DNA of 64,000 nt, taken from NCBI GenBank assembly GCA_964270895.1, contig OZ185450.1. One strand, 5' to 3'. The stretch comes from Podarcis filfolensis (lineage: Eukaryota). Under the pieces are notes generated by a model. It ran no database searches, had not been told where the DNA came from, and worked only from the letters and a program-made list of their open reading frames with translations. Positions within the stretch are counted from its first letter, which is position 1; every line of letters begins with the position of its first letter. This document shows, in pieces, positions 57,906 through 64,000 of the stretch. A program made the translations under genes and the position numbers.

Positions 57906-60788
57906 AAAGTAAAGGTGGCTCAGTTGCACATATGCTAGCTGTAGATTTGAGATTGGTGGGGATCCTGGTAGCCAGGCAAGTTGGCAAGCCAGAGGCAGGT
58001 AGGGCAAGAAGCAGGCCCGATAAAAGTAGCTGGAGCTACCAAGGAAGAACCAGGTCACCTTCCCCAGCAACTAATGGGTTGCACTGAGGCAATTCACCAG
58101 ATCTGCAAGTTTTTTATATTTGGCAGCCCCTGATTGGCCCTTAATCATCACCTGACTTCCCAGGCCCAGGGGACCACAGAATGGTTTCCACTTCACTTCA
58201 CCAACCAGGAGCCTCAGTGATGCATTGAGCCAGTGTCGGATCTTGCAGCAGGTGACACCCCATGTGTGCTGAAGTCTCTGGCTGCTTGTAGCAGTTCTCA
58301 TAACCTGCCAGGGAGGCCTGTTCCAGCCTTCTCAGCAGGAACTCACTTTACCAAGATGAGCTGGCCACTAGCTTTCATGACTTTGCTGTGTGTGCGTGTG
58401 CAGGAATTAAAGTCATGAAGGATAAGTCTGTCTACTGCAGACATTAACTAAACAGCTAAGCGAAGCCTCTGTGCCGAGCAATCATAGAAGGCCACTGCCT
58501 TAATGCCTTTCTTATGAGCACCTGCGGGTATTTGACTACTTGCTGTTGGAGTTTGAACAGCAGACCTGTGTCTGATCCAGCAAGCCAGTTCTTCTGTTTT
58601 TACTGTGCACCAGCATCATGGATTTGAGGTAATTACCTTAGGTAGAAATAAGCTGCACATAACACACTGTGGTTTTTCTCACTGCTAGCAAATTCTCTCT
58701 AGCTACTGCTTCTGGCTTGGCAGACCTGTAATTTGCTGCTTGCTTGCTCCCCTGGGATGAGGGCTTGGGGAGAGCACCTAAGTGACAAACAAAGCCAAAG
58801 CGGAGCTGCTGGTGTGCCTGGCCCAAGAGATCTGGGACTTAGCTGCCACCACGCCAGGCTGCACACCAGCTCTCTGTTTCCTTTTAGTCTTAAAGCAGGC
58901 CTAATGATCCATTGCAGGGCTTAGTGAGCCCTGGTGGGCCACCAAATATGCAGCATGGTAGCTCACGTACTGGGCAGGCCTGCCTGAAAGGCTTACTAGC
59001 TTCTCTGGGCTGGAGGAAGTCAGAGAGAGAAGCACACAGCCTGGAGTGACCGCAGTGTGGCAGTTCCCCCATCTTTTTCCTTGGGGATGGAGAAGAAATT
59101 GGCAATGCGTTCTTGGCCCCTGTTGCAGCAGGAGGGAGAGTGTGAGCATCATATCTGCCAGTGCCCCTCTTGAGCTTCTGCAAAGTGGCAGGAGGAAATT
59201 AGGAGGCTACATTCCAGCCACATAAAACTCTAAGGATTGCATGTACTCACCTCTCATTCCAAAGGCATCCCAGATGCAGCCAGGCACAAATATTTGAGCA
59301 CAGCTGGTGAGTGGTGTGGCCAGGGGAGAATTCCTGGAAGTAGCTAGACAGTCCCGGGCCTGAGGTCCCTGCTCCTCCTATAAACAATTATTGTAGGAAA
59401 ACAGAGAGATCTCATCCACGAGGCATGTGTAGAAGAGGGTGGTGTGTGTGTGCATGTGTGTAGGGTGTTCAAATTGGTATTCAAGGATTATGGGGCTTTA
59501 GGGCTAAATTCACCACATACTGACTTCCCCTCCCTCAAACCAGGCAGAGTTGAGCTTCCTTTTGTTTACTTGTTTTAGCCTTAGGTCTGGCTTAGTGCAT
59601 TGAGTGTGCTTCTTGGATTGATGATTAGCAAAAGTAAAACCAGTAAAATACAATTGCATGTGGCAAGGAAGTCTCGAAATAAATGCAGCAGAGTCGGCAG
59701 CTAAAAACCAGTGAAAGAGTGAAAGGGTCTCAAATAATATTTTAAAAGTATGGAACAACAGGACCAGTTTGGCTGGGTGGCATCCTTTAGGTGGCGGCTA
59801 AACAGGTGTAGGGAGAGCATTTGACCATTTCAGTGCCACCACAGAAAACAGCCTCCCACATACATACACAACTTCTGCCTGCTTAACCTCCCAATGAGCA
59901 CCCTATTTCATGCTGTATGTTTCAAGCAGTCAACTCCTTGAGATTAGCCACATGGTGGATTCCATTGCAGAATGTTCTTCAGATGAAAGCTGACATGGAA
60001 CATTGGAGCATAGGAAGCTGCCTTATACTGACCCAGACCAAGAGTCCATCTAGCTCTGTGTTGTCTATATTGACTGGTACCTGCCATCCAGGATTTCAGA
60101 CACTGCATTCTCAGACCTTGCTGGAGACTGAACCTGGGACCGTCTGCATTCAAAGCGGGTGCTTTGCCCTGAGTTACAGCCCTTTCCCATTTGCTGAAGA
60201 ACGAGCAATGCTTGAAAACAACTTTGCCAAATTAGACATGTTTGTACACCCATGGTTATTGGAGCAGGAGCTCAGTGCCGAAGTGTTCAGCAGGGGCCAG
60301 GTTCAGTCCTTAGCCTCTCTGCTTAACGGATCTTTGGTGGAACACGATTCTGTTTGAGACCCAGTAAAGCCACCGCTAGCCTGAGCAGACAATCCTGCAC
60401 TAGGTGGGCTGGGGGTCTGACCTTGCTATAAGGTGGTGTCATAAGCTGTTGTGCCTTATCCAGTTGTTGGGTGTTTTTTCGCAGGCAAGGCAAATACATA
60501 CTACTTGGATTTGTTGTTACCCGCCTGTTTACCGAAAGGTTCCAGGGCAGCGTGTACAAAAATGTGATGAGAAACTAATTCAACCACAACATATAAAATG
60601 CAAACAAACTGAAACTCAAAACAAACTAAAGGGCAAATGAGGACGAACAAAACCCTTAAAAATGCAGTAATGCTACACTGCTAAAATGCCTGGGCAAATG
60701 GGAAGGTCCCCTCCTGACACCCAAAAGTTGTCAATACCTCCCTGAGGGAAGGATCTAACCCATTCAATTTCTTGTCCTTTTTTAACAG

Positions 60789-60873
60789 GACAACATGCCC
60801 AAGATGGTGATGGAATACTGGACTGGATGGTTCGATAGCTGGGGAGGACCTCATAATGTGTTTGATGCAGATG
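60789..60873 (+). CDS. GLB1L2: GLB1L2 exon 9 ([28 protein letters not shown])
   Basis: CAG acceptor 60787-60788; GTGAGT donor at 60874; MEYWTGWFD nucleophile glutamate motif. Confidence 0.96.
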
Positions 60874-61758
60874 GTGAGTTGCTGTTCTCCCTCATTTGCT
60901 CCACTTTCCCTTCTTCCCTTCCTCCTCCTCTTATTTATTCTTTTAGGGTCTGAATTGCTCATTGCCTGACACAGCTTGACCTCTCTCTTTACTTCTTTCA
61001 ACCTCGTCAGATGGAATGGGTGGCACCCCAAGCAGGGGTGCTGCTTAATAGTTAGTTATCTCAGGGACAGGCCAACATGGTGCTCTCTGGATGTTGTTGG
61101 ACTCCCAACTCCCATAACACAGTCAACAGTGAAGGATGCTGTGAGTTTTAGTCCACCACCAACATCTGGAAGGTCACTGGTTCCTCGCCCCTGCCTTATC
61201 TCTTGGCCAGGCACTGAATCTGATGGTGTTTAGGCACTAGGTGAAAATTACCTCCCATCTTAATGGTTTTGAATAGCTTTTTAATGACTCCTGTCGTTGT
61301 GCTGCTGTTTTTAAATTGTTATGCCGTTTTAATTTCGTTCTCTTAGATTTTTCTACGTCCTAATGCAATGTTATCAGCTGCCTTGAGAATCTTGTGCTGA
61401 AGGGTGGGTGTAAAATGCTTTAATAAGATTAGCATTTTGTTTTTTCTGGGGATGTTCAGGCTGAGCAGGGAAGGTAGGTCCCTTTGCCGAGAAGAATGGG
61501 GTTTTGAGTGGAGTGGGGAGTGGTATCGGTTTGTTTTTGCTGCAGGGTTTGTTTTTGCAAAGTAAGGACGAAGCGCTCCTGTGCAAAATGAGTGTTATTG
61601 TTAGGCAGGAACTGAGCTTGCAAGGCAGCAGTGCCACATTGCAGAAGGGACTTCCCTGATCCCGATGTCTCCGTGGATGCTCGTTGTTTGTACTGCAGCA
61701 ATACATCAAGGCAATTGCTAGCTCTGAGGCACTCTCAACCCTTTGCTTCCCTGCACAG

Positions 61759-61896
61759 AAATGATGGCAAACATTGAAAAAGCCATCAAAGCGGGGGCAT
61801 CCATCAACCTCTACATGTTCCACGGAGGCACTAACTTTGGCTTCATGAATGGTGCTCTGCATTTTGACGAGTACAAGGCAACCATCACCAGTTATG
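61759..61896 (+). CDS. GLB1L2: GLB1L2 exon 10 (EMMANIEKAIKAGASINLYMFHGGTNFGFMNGALHFDEYKATITSY)
   Basis: CAG acceptor 61757-61758; GTAAGG donor at 61897; NLYMFHGGTNFG motif. Confidence 0.96.
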
Positions 61897-61914
61897 GTAA
61901 GGTGTCATTGACAG

Positions 61915-62210
61915 TGCATAATTAAACTGTGGAACTCACTGCCCTGGTAGGCAAGTTGCTGGCCACCAACCTGGATGGTTTCAAAAGAAGGCTTGACAAA
62001 TTCATAGAGGAGAAGGCTATCAATGGCTACTATCCACAAAGGCTATACTGTGCATCCATGGTCAAAGGCAGTAATGCTTCTGAGGACTAGTTTCTGGAAA
62101 TCACAGGCGGAGGAGAGTGCTCTTATGCTCAGTCCTTCTTGTGGGTTTCCCATGGGAATCACAGCTGGCCACTGTGAGAACAGGATGCTGGACCAGCCAG
62201 TCCTGCAAGC
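61915..62210 (+). mobile_element. CR1 3' fragment
   Basis: ATAATTAAACTGTGGAACTCACTGCC...GGATGGTTTCAAAAGAAGGCTTGACAAATTCATAGAGG followed by the 3' UTR motif. Confidence 0.7.
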
Positions 62211-62744
62211 CAGGGCTCAGTGGCAGAGTCTTTCCTTTCCTTGCAGAAGGGCTTCAGCTGAAAGGGCTGGTGAAAACCTCCAGCCCAAATCCTGCTCTGG
62301 CTGATAGCAGTTCTGCAAGGTTGTTGGCAAAGGGTCCCCCCACCCCCCTGCTGCCACCCATCACCTGTCACTTGTCCCTTTTAAGAGAGATGTCAGAGGA
62401 GTGAGCCTGGAACCATTTTGCATGCAAAGTGTGTTCTCCCTCCCACTCAGCTCCTGTGCCACTGTGCTCCATCCATCCACAAGTGGGTTGTTGTTGTTGT
62501 TTTGCACTTGCACTCGTGCAGTGATTTTACTGATATGTGGTGGGTGGAGGGGAAGCTTGCCAAAAACGGCTGTGCTATTTATTTACTTAAGGCCATTTCT
62601 GCACCACTTACTACAGGAAAGTGCTAAGAGGCAAGGGGGCGTAAGGAGGGCACTGGAGGTTACTGGATCAAGTTCATCAGTTTTGTTGAATTAGTTGAAC
62701 TAAACAGTTTTAGTTGGATTCAGAATAAATGTGCAATTAATCAT

Positions 62745-62897
62745 TACTGTTTTGAATTATATTGTGTTATTTTTCTTAGTGGATTGCGCAAACCACTGTT
62801 CTGAATAATGCTTTTTATAGGGCAGCGTAGGGCACTGGGGATGAGTTTATGGAGCCAAGGGCGCGGTGGCTGGAAAAAGTTTGGGGACCACTGCTCT
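62745..62897. mobile_element. hAT-Charlie-like element, one terminus only
   Basis: AAGTTTGGGGACCACTGCTCTA is the reverse complement of the CAGTGGTCCCCAAACTT TIR type; partner end not found. Confidence 0.45.
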
Positions 62898-63102
62898 AAT
62901 AGCTGGCCTGAAAGCTTAGGGAAGGATGGAGAACCAGAAGTCTCTAGCTTCCACCAGCCAGTCCTATTTCGCATGGATTAAAGATGCAAGAAGTATTCAC
63001 TCAGGAGGAATGAGCTTTCCTGGTTAAGTAAGGCTGCCTGGCATTTCCCCTGAGCCAGGCGTTCTTCCTAACTTTGACTACTGACCCTGCCTTTTTCCCC
63101 AG

Positions 63103-63183
63103 ACTATGATGCCGTGCTGACCGAGTCCGGAGACTACACCTCCAAGTTTTTCAAACTACGTGAGCTTTTCATGAGCCTTGCAG
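63103..63183 (+). CDS. GLB1L2: GLB1L2 exon 11 ([27 protein letters not shown])
   Basis: CAG acceptor 63101-63102; GTAATT donor at 63184; SY-DYDA motif. Confidence 0.95.
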
Positions 63184-64000
63184 GTAATTTTGGGAATGCC
63201 ATGTGATTGTGGGAGGTGCACCGTCTCTGCTGCCTCTTAAGTGCCAGTCAGTGCCACAGGGATGGAACTTGGAAATTGGCTCCCCGACATGTGTGTGCCA
63301 GTCTCCCGCTGCTCCCCATGTAGCTACATCCTGTCGATTAGCCAGGAGCACTTTCCGAAGCACGAGGAGAGACAAAGGGAGCGGGGAGCATCTTGTTATG
63401 GAAATGACCCTTTCAGCCGACTTCATAGCAGCGGGGAGAGTGCGGCCGCTAATAGCAGCGCCTGCCTGCCAGGGGAACGTTCCACACCAGGGAACTTAAA
63501 TGCAAATTGGAAAGAGGGAAACTGTTCAAATATCCTCTCCCCCCCCCCACCGTTTATTTTTGGGACTCCCGTCAGCAAGTTGATGTACCGCTCTTAAGGC
63601 TTGCCACACTTCTGCTTGTACGGTGCCTAGAAAGTAGGGGTCCAAGTGGTTTTCCACCCGTCCCACACTTTCTAAGCATGTGCCCGAGCGGTTTTCCCCT
63701 TGCCCCGCTCTTTTTCCAGGAGAAGTCCACTCTTTAGCTCTAAATCAGAGCAAACGTCAATCTGGAGAAAACCCCAATTGCCATTTGCTCTGATTGAAAC
63801 AGTGTGTTTTCCCCTAGGGAAAGCAGCAGAACAAGAGGAAGCGTGGATAAGCCCTTCATTTCTCCACCACTCACAGTCCTGCGTCAGGCGTGGTCTTTGA
63901 ATAGGCTGACTCAAGGCACAGTTGTGGGCAAAAGACGGGCTCTGAGACGGTACTGAGCCAAAAGTGCATATTTAACTAGATGTTAATTTTTGCGAGTGTC

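Larger units (their letters stand above)
18247..63183 (+). other. GLB1L2: Beta-galactosidase-1-like protein 2 gene body (GH35), coding exons 1-11; 3' exons beyond window
   Basis: Eleven exons (83,198,69,96,109,93,82,65,85,138,81 nt) in consistent phase, 1099 nt open. The translation follows human GLB1L2 as recalled. GLB1L3 is the close paralogue, so strict orthology is an inference. Confidence 0.9.

Noticed and set aside
61374-61862. 162-aa minus-strand ORF
   Set aside because: It is the antisense shadow of GLB1L2 exon 10 plus intron, with no recognisable domain.

Overview
Eukaryotic genomic DNA from a squamate reptile. Three Sauria SINEs and the CR1/L2/hAT/Tigger-type repeat landscape point to a lizard, probably a lacertid (inference). 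Two intron-containing genes lie on the + strand. (1) ACAD8 (isobutyryl-CoA dehydrogenase): coding exons 2-11 at 1133-11693, with exon 1 upstream of the window. The exons join into one open frame, and intron 6 has a non-canonical GC donor. (2) A GH35 beta-galactosidase-1-like gene best matching GLB1L2: a CpG-island promoter near 18 kb and coding exons 1-11 at 18247-63183, continuing past the window end. Both catalytic glutamates are present. The rest is intronic or intergenic and rich in transposon relics, including several non-autonomous hAT elements with readable 8-bp target-site duplications (TSDs). There are no prokaryotic features, and most ORFs in the supplied track are artefacts. I found no clearly new biological system. 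The best leads are the GC-AG intron, a 985-bp hAT element carrying promoter-like motifs and a potential poison exon, two MITEs stacked at one target site next to a splice acceptor, a cryptic donor inside GLB1L2 exon 3, and an unexplained repeat/ORF block upstream of the GLB1L2 promoter. Protein identities come from recalled human sequences, not a database search. Boundaries of old repeats are approximate.
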